64,000 nucleotides of DNA from Eubacteriales bacterium (GTDB taxonomy: Bacteria; Bacillota; Clostridia; Oscillospirales; Oscillospiraceae). The stretch spans positions 78,282 to 142,281 of the forward strand of contig JAUNPV010000003.1 in NCBI GenBank assembly GCA_030536515.1, written 5' to 3'. The notes beneath the pieces were generated by a model. That model was not told where the DNA came from and made no database searches. It saw only the letters and a list, made by a program, of their open reading frames with translations. A program made the position numbers and the translations under genes. Positions 9,168-17,162 of this stretch are shown piece by piece. Numbering within the stretch: the stretch's first letter is position 1; each line of letters starts with the position of its first letter.

Positions 9168-9305
9168 ATGTGTAACAACAACGGTTTCTGCGGCTGCAAC
9201 ATCATCTGGATCATCATTCTGCTGCTCCTGTTCTGCGGCTGCGGCAACGGCATGGGCTTCTTTGGGGGCAACGGCTGCGACAACAACGGCTGCGGCTGCT
9301 GCTAA
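9168..9305 (+). CDS. 45-aa Cys/Gly/Asn-rich single-TM small protein (not in the ORF track)
   Basis: GGAGG RBS, ATG 9168, MCNNNGFCGCNIIWIIILLLLFCGCGNGMGFFGGNGCDNNGCGCC*, hairpin at 9312-9336. Confidence 0.75.
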   Translation: MCNNNGFCGCNIIWIIILLLLFCGCGNGMGFFGGNGCDNNGCGCC

Positions 9306-9347
9306 ATCAAGGCGGGCGTCCCGAAAGGGACGCCCAAGCTATTGCCT

Positions 9348-9797
9348 TTAATATTTCCGGCTGTAATAAATCTTAAAGCCAGCGGTGATGAGGCTGGAAA
9401 GAAAGACGCAGGCCAGGATGGTCAGGCTGACGGTGGGGTTAAAATATCCGGCGACAATGACGGCCACAATGCCCACAATCAAAATGGTCTGCAAGGCGGC
9501 CGCCTGGGCGCTGGAGATAATCTTGGCTTGGCGCTCGTCATTGGCCTTGGCGTAGAGCTTTTTCAGCCGCGTCTCACTGCGAAGGGCCAGAATGTTGATG
9601 ACGATGCCTGCAATAAACAGGGCCGTCACGCCGCCGGCAGCACCGGCAATGAAGCCGCTCCACATACTGTACCAGTGGCTGTCCTCCATGGCCGGGGCCA
9701 CCTGAATCACCACATACAGCTGCACGGCAATGAGTACCAGGGCCCCAATCAGCAGCAGGCCGGTTTCTCTTTTTAACTTTTCACGATACTTTTCCAC
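9348..9797 (-). CDS. Hypothetical four-TM membrane protein with a DER motif
   Basis: 149 aa, hydrophobic, directly downstream of an XRE regulator. Confidence 0.75.
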   Translation of the reverse strand: MEKYREKLKRETGLLLIGALVLIAVQLYVVIQVAPAMEDSHWYSMWSGFIAGAAGGVTALFIAGIVINILALRSETRLKKLYAKANDERQAKIISSAQAAALQTILIVGIVAVIVAGYFNPTVSLTILACVFLSSLITAGFKIYYSRKY

Positions 9798-9800
9798 GGT

Positions 9801-10004
9801 TTACTCCTCCAATTCAGAAAAATCAAACACTTCTTCAATGGTCAGCCCAAAATAATGGGCAATCTTCCAGGCCAGAGGCAGGGAGGCGGTGTACTTCCCC
9901 ACCTCAATGGAGGTGATGGTCTGCCGGGTGGTTCCCACCGCCTCCGCCAGCTCCTCCTGGGAGAGCTTGCGCCCCTTCCGAAGGGCACGGATGCTGTTGT
10001 TCAT
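9801..10004 (-). CDS. XRE/Cro-C1 helix-turn-helix transcriptional regulator
   Basis: LSQEELAEAVGTTRQTITSIEVGKYTASLPLAWKIA. Confidence 0.92.
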   Translation of the reverse strand: MNNSIRALRKGRKLSQEELAEAVGTTRQTITSIEVGKYTASLPLAWKIAHYFGLTIEEVFDFSELEE

Positions 10005-10028
10005 AGGGCTCGCTCCTTTGACTTTGCT

Positions 10029-10088
10029 AAGTTAACTTTGCATATTAAGTATAGTACACTTTGCAGAATATGTCAAGTAGGCTTTGCA
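10029..10088 (-). promoter_or_regulatory. SigA-type promoter (TTGACA-N17-TATACT) overlapped by three 14-bp operator-like repeats
   Basis: -35 at 10071-10076, -10 at 10048-10053; AAGTTAACTTTGCA, TAGTACACTTTGCA and AAGTAGGCTTTGCA at 10029, 10052, 10075 (23-bp period). Confidence 0.65.
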
Positions 10089-10530
10089 AAATTTTTGAAA
10101 AATGTTGAGCAGGAAAAAGCCTTCCCCCGGGGTGGTGCTCTGCGCAGCAGAGGGATGGCGTGCAGTTTAGGCAAGTACCATTTAACGGCAGTGCCAAAAA
10201 TCACCAACATATCGCCATCCCTCATCAGTCAAAAACACCCAGTCTGCGGACTGGGTGTTTTTGCCAGCTTCCCCCCGGGGGAAGCTATTTTGCGGCCCCG
10301 GGGGGAAGGCTTTGGTGGGGGGCTGCCGTTTTTTGGGCGGATTTGCTTCCTCAAGGGCGGGAAGGCACGGAACGGATAAATCCGTTCCCTACGGGATGCA
10401 AAAAAGGAGCGGCTTGCGCCGCTCCTTTCTTCTTTTTTGGCAACCGCACTGCGTTAGCGAGTGACCCACAGCGGTGTTGGTCCACCACCGAGGTTCGTAA
10501 CGAATTGTCTGCGGCGACTCGCCGCACGCC

Positions 10531-12663
10531 TTACATATCGAAGGGTTCCATGCTGAGGACGGGGTGGCCGACCTCGGTCAGGTAGTTCAGCAGGGCCTCG
10601 GGGTCCTCGGTGCAGATGGTCTCGTCGGCAATCATGTCGGTGAAGTTGTCCACGCCGTACATCTGCTTGGCAGTGGCATCCAGACGCTCACGCATCTGGT
10701 CCTTCAGCAGCTTGGGCAGCCAGACAATACGGCCGGGGCCGCCTTCGGCAGCGATGAACTTGTGAGAGGCGATGAAGTGCTTGCCGTGGCCCATGAAGCC
10801 GGGAGTCTGCACGCCGCCGCCGGTCATGGAGGCCATCTCGGAGAAGGTCATGCCCAGAGGAGTCATGCCGGCGTGCTCACGGCAGGTGATGACAACGCCC
10901 ATGGAGACAGGCTCCACGCCGCAGATACACTCGAAGCAGCCGCAGGAGGTCATGGGATCCTGGAACAGGGAGTACAGGGTCACGTGCTCCAGAGCGCCGT
11001 GGGAATACTTGGCAACGGCCTCGTCCACGGTCTCGTAACGGCCCAGCTTCTCGTCGATGCAGCCTTCCTTGACGATGGGCTGGCAGGGACCGGCGGGGTC
11101 CAGCTCCTTGGTGGCCTTGGCATCCAGCCAGGACACGGCGCCGCACAGGCCCAGACGCTCGGGGGTGACGATGCACACGTGGCTGGGGGAGAAGGCCTGG
11201 CACATGATGCAGGTGTAGTACTCGTTGACGGACTCGTCGGTCATGGAGGCCAGACGCTCGTCACGCTTGTCGAACACCTGGTTGGCGTGGGCACGCAGGA
11301 CCTTGTTCTGCTCGGCGTCCACAACAATCTTCACCTGGCACTTGTCCACAACGGCCTCGAACTCGTTCTTGACCTTGGCGTACAGCACCTCGCCCAGGTG
11401 ACGGAACTTGAAGCCGGCCTCGAAGTCGGCCTTGCTGATACGGACACGAATCATGTCACGCTGGCCGGTGTGCATCACGCCCTCGATGCAGTTAATCCAG
11501 GAGTGAATCTTACGCTCCATAACGGACTCGAAGTCGGGCTGCATGGCCTTGCCGGCCACCTCGACGGTGTAGCTGAGGGAAATCTTGGAGCCCACGGGGA
11601 TGTCGTCGATTTCGGGACCCACGACCTCAATCTTGTGGTCCTCGACCTCGCTGGCCTCCTTGGTCTGGACCAGCTCGAAGCAGTCCACACGGGAGCCGTC
11701 CACTTCCACCTGCATATCGCCACGGCGGATGATTTCGCCTTCGAAGGCGGAGGCGAAGGACACGGGAATGTCAATCTTGGTAATCTTCAGCTTGATGTTC
11801 CGGGCCTCCAGAGAGGTGGCGTTCCACTTGGAAACATCCAGCTGCTGAATCAGGGACTTGGGAACACGGAACATATTCTCCGTCTCGTTGGACACCACGG
11901 GGAAGCCCAGGGCGATGGCGCCTGCGCCGCAGGCCACAATCACGTCGTCCAGAGGCTTGAAGGCGTTGACGAAGGCGGGCACACGGTCCATGGTGTACTT
12001 CATCAGGGTGCCGGCGTCGCCGGGGGTCACGTTGCCGAAAATCAGAGCGGCACGCAGGGCGATGGACACCACGTGGATAACGGCGGTGACGTCATGGCCC
12101 AGGGGGACCACACGGACGTTGGCGCCGGTCTTGTAGTTCTTCTCAGCCAGCTGGTCGATGACGCCGCCCACCAGAGCGACAACCATGCCCTGACCCTGGT
12201 AGCTCTTAACCAGCTCCACGGCCTGGTCGGCGGACTCGGCAGCGCCCAGAATGACGGCCACGCCGGGAATATCGCCGGTGACCAGGGGCACGCCCAGGTT
12301 CCGGACGTAGGCATCGGGCACATGGCCGTAGCAGGGCTCCTCGTAGGGCGTTGCACCGTTCAGGTACTTCAGAGCCTCGATGAACTCAGCGCACAGAGCG
12401 GTGGCGACGCCGGACATGAAGGCGTCGTGCAGACGGTTTTCACGGGTCATCAGGCTCTTGACCACAGCCAGGGCGGCCTTCAGCTCACCCAGGTTGGTGA
12501 CCTTCACACCGGTGACGGCGTAGTAGCAGGGCAGGGCGTAGGCGGTGTCGGGGAAGGACACAGCCTGGCCCTCGCCGTACTGGGCAATGGCGTTATCAAT
12601 GGCAGCTTCGGTCAGGCCGTATACGGCATCGTTACCGCCAAAAACTCTTTCAAAAAGTGTCAC
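10531..12663 (-). CDS. acsB: Acetyl-CoA synthase subunit of CODH/ACS
   Basis: 710 aa; A-cluster ligand motifs CIMCQAFSPSHVC...LGLCGAVSW and TSCGCFE intact. Confidence 0.95.
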   Translation of the reverse strand: MTLFERVFGGNDAVYGLTEAAIDNAIAQYGEGQAVSFPDTAYALPCYYAVTGVKVTNLGELKAALAVVKSLMTRENRLHDAFMSGVATALCAEFIEALKYLNGATPYEEPCYGHVPDAYVRNLGVPLVTGDIPGVAVILGAAESADQAVELVKSYQGQGMVVALVGGVIDQLAEKNYKTGANVRVVPLGHDVTAVIHVVSIALRAALIFGNVTPGDAGTLMKYTMDRVPAFVNAFKPLDDVIVACGAGAIALGFPVVSNETENMFRVPKSLIQQLDVSKWNATSLEARNIKLKITKIDIPVSFASAFEGEIIRRGDMQVEVDGSRVDCFELVQTKEASEVEDHKIEVVGPEIDDIPVGSKISLSYTVEVAGKAMQPDFESVMERKIHSWINCIEGVMHTGQRDMIRVRISKADFEAGFKFRHLGEVLYAKVKNEFEAVVDKCQVKIVVDAEQNKVLRAHANQVFDKRDERLASMTDESVNEYYTCIMCQAFSPSHVCIVTPERLGLCGAVSWLDAKATKELDPAGPCQPIVKEGCIDEKLGRYETVDEAVAKYSHGALEHVTLYSLFQDPMTSCGCFECICGVEPVSMGVVITCREHAGMTPLGMTFSEMASMTGGGVQTPGFMGHGKHFIASHKFIAAEGGPGRIVWLPKLLKDQMRERLDATAKQMYGVDNFTDMIADETICTEDPEALLNYLTEVGHPVLSMEPFDM

Positions 12664-12674
12664 GGTATTTCCTC

Positions 12675-13445
12675 CTATTGTTCTTCACGATCCAGGATCG
12701 CTTTAATTTTCCGAATTTCTTCGATTGCCGTGGGGGAGCAGTCGTAGGGGGACATCCCCTGCCGGTCTGCGTCCATAATCTCCAGGTTGTAGTGCACCAT
12801 GCCAAGCAGGTCCTCGGCGGGAATGGAGCTGCGGACGAAGGCCTCGTCCTTTTCATCCCGGACCTTGTTGGCCACCACACGGACCCGCTGGACCCCCAGG
12901 TCGGCGGCCAGCCGCTTGACGTTGCGGTAGGTCTGGACGCTGCGGGCGCCGGGCTCGATGACCACGATGAACTCATCCATGTTGGCCGCCGTTCCCCGGC
13001 CCAGGTGCTCCAGGCCCGCCTCCATGTCCATAATCACCACATCATCCTTGCGGAAGGACAGGGCGGACAGGATGGACTTGAGCATCACGTGCTCGGGGCA
13101 GACGCAGCCGCTGCCGCCCACGTCCACGGTGCCCATGACCAGCAGCTTGACTCCGTTAATATCCTTGGAATATTTCTCGGGAATGTCGGCCACGTAGGGA
13201 TTGAGCTTGTAGAATCGGTTGGCGTCGGTGGCGCCGGTGCGCTCCTCCACCAGGGTGCGCATTTTGGAGATGGGGACAATCTGGTCCACCTCCTCCTGGG
13301 AAAGGCCGAGGGCCAGGCCCAGGTTGGCGTCGGGGTCCACGTCGGCGGCCAGGACGGTGCGTCCCTCGGCGGCGTAGAGCCGGGCCAGGGTGGACGACAG
13401 GGTGGTTTTACCCACGCCGCCCTTGCCGGTAATCGCTACTTTCAT
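12675..13445 (-). CDS. cooC: CODH nickel-insertion ATPase CooC/AcsF
   Basis: GKGGVGKT, DVDPD, GCVCPE, DMEAGLEHLGRGT. Confidence 0.93.
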   Translation of the reverse strand: MKVAITGKGGVGKTTLSSTLARLYAAEGRTVLAADVDPDANLGLALGLSQEEVDQIVPISKMRTLVEERTGATDANRFYKLNPYVADIPEKYSKDINGVKLLVMGTVDVGGSGCVCPEHVMLKSILSALSFRKDDVVIMDMEAGLEHLGRGTAANMDEFIVVIEPGARSVQTYRNVKRLAADLGVQRVRVVANKVRDEKDEAFVRSSIPAEDLLGMVHYNLEIMDADRQGMSPYDCSPTAIEEIRKIKAILDREEQ

Positions 13446-13507
13446 TGGAAAAGACCTCGTTTAAGTGATATATGTGCCAAATGACAGAAACGGTAAACGC
13501 TCCATAC

Positions 13508-13631
13508 TGTCATTGCGAGGAGCGAAGCGACGTGGCAATCCGTACTTTTGCAATGCTTTGCATTGCGTGGCGCTGTGCGCCACAAGAGAAGCGGATTGCC
13601 ACACCAGCTTGCCAGCTGGTTCGCAATGACA
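13508..13631. repeat. Inverted pair of TGTCATTGCG...GTGGCAATC repeats (family F) between cooS and cooC
   Basis: TGTCATTGCGAGGAGCGAAGCGACGTGGCAATC and an inverted partner ending TTCGCAATGACA; further copies at 27359, 27463 (inverted), 32298, 42063, 45723, 50374. Confidence 0.85.
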
Positions 13632-13682
13632 ATCTGTTTTTTTACTAAGTACCCTCTGTCAGAGCACTGGGGATTCTAAAAC

Positions 13683-15587
13683 TTAGATGCCCAGAGCGGC
13701 GCGCTTGGCCTCGATACGCTCGATCATCAGATCGCCCAGCTTCTCGATGTCCTGCTCCACGGTGTAGTTGGCTTCAACCCAATCCTTGACGCCGTGCTCG
13801 CCGGTCAGCCAGTCGCAGACCTCGGTGGAACCCTTGACGTAGGGGTCCACGCCCAGGAAGGTATCCAGGCCGGAGGCCACCACGTAGTTGCCGATGGAGA
13901 CAGCCTTCTCGGACATCCACTCGGGAGCGCAGCCCACAACAGGCAGCTGGGAGATGGGAATGCCGGAGTCCTTGGACAGCTCGGCGGCCAGAATCAGCAT
14001 ACGGGAGATATCCACGCAGGAGCCCATGTGCAGCACGGGAGGAATGTCAGCCAGCTCGCACACACGCTTCAGGCCGTCGCCGCAGTATTCCTTGGCCTTG
14101 ACGGGGTCCATGAGACCGGCCTTGGCGGCAGCCTGGGCGGAGCAGCCGGAGACAATCAGGATGATGTCGTTTTCCAGCAGCTTCTTCATCAGACCCACGT
14201 GAGCGGAGTCGGGACGGACCTTGGGGTTGTTGCAGCCGACCATGGCCACAGCGCCGCGGAGGACACCGGAGGTCACGCACTCCAGCAGAGGCTTGGTGGT
14301 GCCGAACTCGTCCACCTGAGAGTTGGCCACGCCGTCCAGGACCTTCACAATGGCCTCCACAGAGTAGCCCACACGGGCGTTCTGCTTCTGAGAGGGGATG
14401 TTGACCAGCTCGGGCTTGCGGTTCTTGAAGTTCTCAATGGCCATCTTGACGATTGCCTTGGCGTTCTCACCGGCGGTCTCGGCGTTGAAGCGGATGAACT
14501 CAGAGTCGGGCATCCGGGCGATGGGAGAGGTGGTGATGAACTTGGTGTGGAAGCACTTGCTGAGGGGGCCCAGTGCGGGGAAGATGCACTGCACGTCCAC
14601 AACAATGGCCTCGCAGGCGCCGGTGAGAACCACGTTCTCCTGGTTCAGGAAGTTACCGGCCATGGGGATGCCGTGACGCATGGCAACCTCGTTGGAGGTG
14701 CAGCACACGCCGGAAACGGTGATGCCCTTGGCACCCAGGCTCTTGGCGTAGGCGATCATCTCGGGGTCGTTTGCGTAGTGGACCACCATCTCGGACAGGG
14801 AGGGGTCATGGCCGTGGACGACGATGTTGACGTTGTCCTTCTCCATCACGCCGATGTTGGCGGTGGTGTCCAGGGGCTTGGGAGTGCCGAACAGGACGTC
14901 GGAGAACTCGGTGCCCATCATGGAGCCGCCCCAGCCGTCGGACAGGCCGCAGCGCAGAGCCTGGCGAATCAGAGCCTCAGGCAGAGAGGAGCAGCCCATG
15001 TGGGTCATGTGCAGAGCGGTGGCGACTTCACGGTCGATGGCCCGGGGCTCAATCTCAGCGTCATGCCACAGCTTCTGGGTGTGCTCGGGAGCACGCTTCA
15101 GGAAGCGCTGGGTGCCGAAGGGCTTGCCGTACTCCAGCAGGCCAATCTCAGCCATTTCGTGAGCCAGGTCGTAGATATCCTTGCCCTCGGTCTCCACGCC
15201 CCACTCGTGGGCAATGCGGATGAGCTTATCGGGGTCCTTGACGGTGTAGTTGCCGCCTTCCTTGGCCTGATGCAGGGTGTGCATAATCTCACGACCGTGG
15301 TCGGAGTGGGTTGCGGAACCGCCTGCGGTGAAGCGCAGGAAATTCCGGGCGACGATGCCGTGCACGTCGCAGCCGCAGATGCCGCGGGGAGATTTCTTGG
15401 TGATGCGGCAGGGTCCCATGGAGCAGATACGGCAGCAGGTGCCTGCCTCGCCGAAGCCGCAATGGGGGGTCTGGTTCTTGACCCGCTGCTGCCAGGTGTC
15501 AGCTCCAACCTTTTCTGCGTTTTCCAGCAGAGAGTTGGTGGCAGCTTCCATCTCCTCGATGGTGGTTAAAGATGCCCAATCCTTCAA
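13683..15587 (-). CDS. cooS: Anaerobic Ni,Fe carbon-monoxide dehydrogenase catalytic subunit
   Basis: CGFG..GTCCRICSMGPC..GICG (D/B clusters); C-cluster ligand motifs HGHDP, GVCCT, DVQC, GCNN, SGC, GSCVD and SEKA all present. Confidence 0.95.
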   Translation of the reverse strand: MKDWASLTTIEEMEAATNSLLENAEKVGADTWQQRVKNQTPHCGFGEAGTCCRICSMGPCRITKKSPRGICGCDVHGIVARNFLRFTAGGSATHSDHGREIMHTLHQAKEGGNYTVKDPDKLIRIAHEWGVETEGKDIYDLAHEMAEIGLLEYGKPFGTQRFLKRAPEHTQKLWHDAEIEPRAIDREVATALHMTHMGCSSLPEALIRQALRCGLSDGWGGSMMGTEFSDVLFGTPKPLDTTANIGVMEKDNVNIVVHGHDPSLSEMVVHYANDPEMIAYAKSLGAKGITVSGVCCTSNEVAMRHGIPMAGNFLNQENVVLTGACEAIVVDVQCIFPALGPLSKCFHTKFITTSPIARMPDSEFIRFNAETAGENAKAIVKMAIENFKNRKPELVNIPSQKQNARVGYSVEAIVKVLDGVANSQVDEFGTTKPLLECVTSGVLRGAVAMVGCNNPKVRPDSAHVGLMKKLLENDIILIVSGCSAQAAAKAGLMDPVKAKEYCGDGLKRVCELADIPPVLHMGSCVDISRMLILAAELSKDSGIPISQLPVVGCAPEWMSEKAVSIGNYVVASGLDTFLGVDPYVKGSTEVCDWLTGEHGVKDWVEANYTVEQDIEKLGDLMIERIEAKRAALGI

Positions 15588-15663
15588 AGTGATTTCCTCC
15601 TAATCAAATGATATTCAGACAAACCGATACGTGCACCATGTTTGTACACAATGTATCGATAAT

Positions 15664-15692
15664 ATTGTACTAATTTCGTGTAAAAATGTCAA
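15664..15692 (-). promoter_or_regulatory. SigA-type promoter of the cooS-cooC-acsB unit
   Basis: TTGACA (15687-15692) N17 TACAAT (15664-15669) on the minus strand. Confidence 0.65.
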
Positions 15693-15896
15693 CCGTAGAA
15701 TTAAACACATTTCCATGCTTTTTTCAATCCCCCAGGGGGGGATTTTTGGTGATTTTTATAAAGTGACTGAATATAGTGGCTTTTTGGACCAATAACCACA
15801 ATTTTTGCCAGCAAATAACGGGAGAAATTCCAGATTACTCCATCTTCTCACTTCGTATAAAATATACCAAACCTGTCGCTCCGCCCCCGCCGCCGG

Positions 15897-15925
15897 GCAT
15901 ATCCTTCCCCCGGCCGCCATAGGCT
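15897..15925 (+). promoter_or_regulatory. SigE-like sporulation promoter upstream of the D,D-carboxypeptidase gene
   Basis: GCATATC-N14-CATAGGCT resembles the B. subtilis SigE consensus (CATA..., CATAnnnT). Confidence 0.45.
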
Positions 15926-15951
15926 GTAGCACTTGAACGGGAGGGATGCGT

Positions 15952-17103
15952 ATGAAATGGATATCTTTGCTGGCGGTTGGCTTGCTGCTGCCGATGCTTG
16001 CGCTGCCGGTGCAGGCGGCGGGGCTGGAGGTGGCGGGGAAAAGCGCGGTGCTGATGGACGTGGCCACCGGGACGGTGCTGTATGAATCGAACCCCCATGA
16101 GCGCCTGGCCCCCGCCAGCGTCACCAAGGTTATGACCATGCTGCTGATTATGGAGGCCGTGGATTCCGGGAAAATCGGCTGGGAGGACACGGTCACCGCC
16201 TCCGAGGCCGCCGCGGCCAAGGGCGGCAGCCAAATCTACCTCAAGGCGGGGGAGCAGATGTCCGTCCGGGATATGCTCAAATCCATCGCCGTGTCCTCGG
16301 CCAACGACTGCGCCTGCGCCATGGCCGAGCACATCGCCGGGTCCGAGGGGGCCTTTGTGGCCATGATGAACGCCCGGGCCGGGGAGCTGGGGATGCAGGA
16401 CACCACCTTCGTCAACTGCACGGGCCTGGACGATGCCCCGGAGGCAGGGGAGCACAAAACCTCCGCCCACGACATCGCCCTCATGTCCCGGCAGCTTCTC
16501 AAATACCATCCGGACATCCAAAAATTCACCACCATCTGGATGGACACCGTGCGAAACGGGGCCTTCGGCCTGTCCAACACCAACAAGCTGGTCCGGTTTT
16601 ACCAGGGGGCCACGGGGCTGAAAACCGGCTTCACCGCCGCCGCCGGGTACTGCCTGTCCGCCTCGGCGGAGCGGGAGGGACTGGGACTCATCGCCGTGGT
16701 CATGGGTGCCCCCACCTCCAAGGAGCGAAACGCCGCCTGCAAGCAGCTGCTGGACTACGGCTTTGCCAACTTCGCCCTGGTGGCCCCGGAGCTGGAGGCG
16801 CTGCCGGAGGTGGCGGTGCGGCTGGGGCAGAGGCCGACGGTGGCCCTTCAAATGGGGGACAGCGCCGGGCTGCTGGTGGACAAGGCAAAGAAAAGCACGG
16901 TCTCCACCAGCCTCACCCTGGAGCCCGCCGTCACCGCCCCGGTGGCAAAGGGCCAGCGTCTGGGCACGGTCAAAATCCTGTCCGGCCAGGAGCTGCTGGC
17001 GGAAATCCCCCTGACCGCCGCCGAGGCCGTCCCCCGCCTGACCTGGGGAGAGCTGTACCGCAGCATCCTCCGCCGGACCTGCTGCGCCAAAGCAGACAGT
17101 TGA
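15952..17103 (+). CDS. dacF: D-alanyl-D-alanine carboxypeptidase (DacF-like, peptidase S11)
   Basis: Signal peptide, ASVTK, SAND, GLKTGFT, GGSQIYLK; start at ATG 15952. Confidence 0.85.
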   Translation: MKWISLLAVGLLLPMLALPVQAAGLEVAGKSAVLMDVATGTVLYESNPHERLAPASVTKVMTMLLIMEAVDSGKIGWEDTVTASEAAAAKGGSQIYLKAGEQMSVRDMLKSIAVSSANDCACAMAEHIAGSEGAFVAMMNARAGELGMQDTTFVNCTGLDDAPEAGEHKTSAHDIALMSRQLLKYHPDIQKFTTIWMDTVRNGAFGLSNTNKLVRFYQGATGLKTGFTAAAGYCLSASAEREGLGLIAVVMGAPTSKERNAACKQLLDYGFANFALVAPELEALPEVAVRLGQRPTVALQMGDSAGLLVDKAKKSTVSTSLTLEPAVTAPVAKGQRLGTVKILSGQELLAEIPLTAAEAVPRLTWGELYRSILRRTCCAKADS

Positions 17104-17162
17104 CTTTTTCCCCGGGAGCCGTATAATAGAAGAAAAAACGGCAAACAAAGGAGAAATGGACC

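Noticed and set aside
10564-12747. 727-aa ORF antisense to acsB (also 13794-15569, 21427-23940, 59458-62046 and many shorter ones)
   Set aside because: Shadow ORFs from GC-rich codon bias on the opposite strand; no motifs, and fully overlap confidently identified genes
13660-13685. Stop-codon read-through extension of CODH, as reported for Clostridium autoethanogenum acsA
   Set aside because: The stop here is TAA, and no convincing downstream coding extension is visible
15702-15714. 13-mer TAAACACATTTCC shared with the lexA upstream region (50345-50357, inverted) as a possible SOS box
   Set aside because: Three mismatches to GAAC-N4-GTTC, and a 13-mer match among AT-rich intergenic regions is plausible by chance
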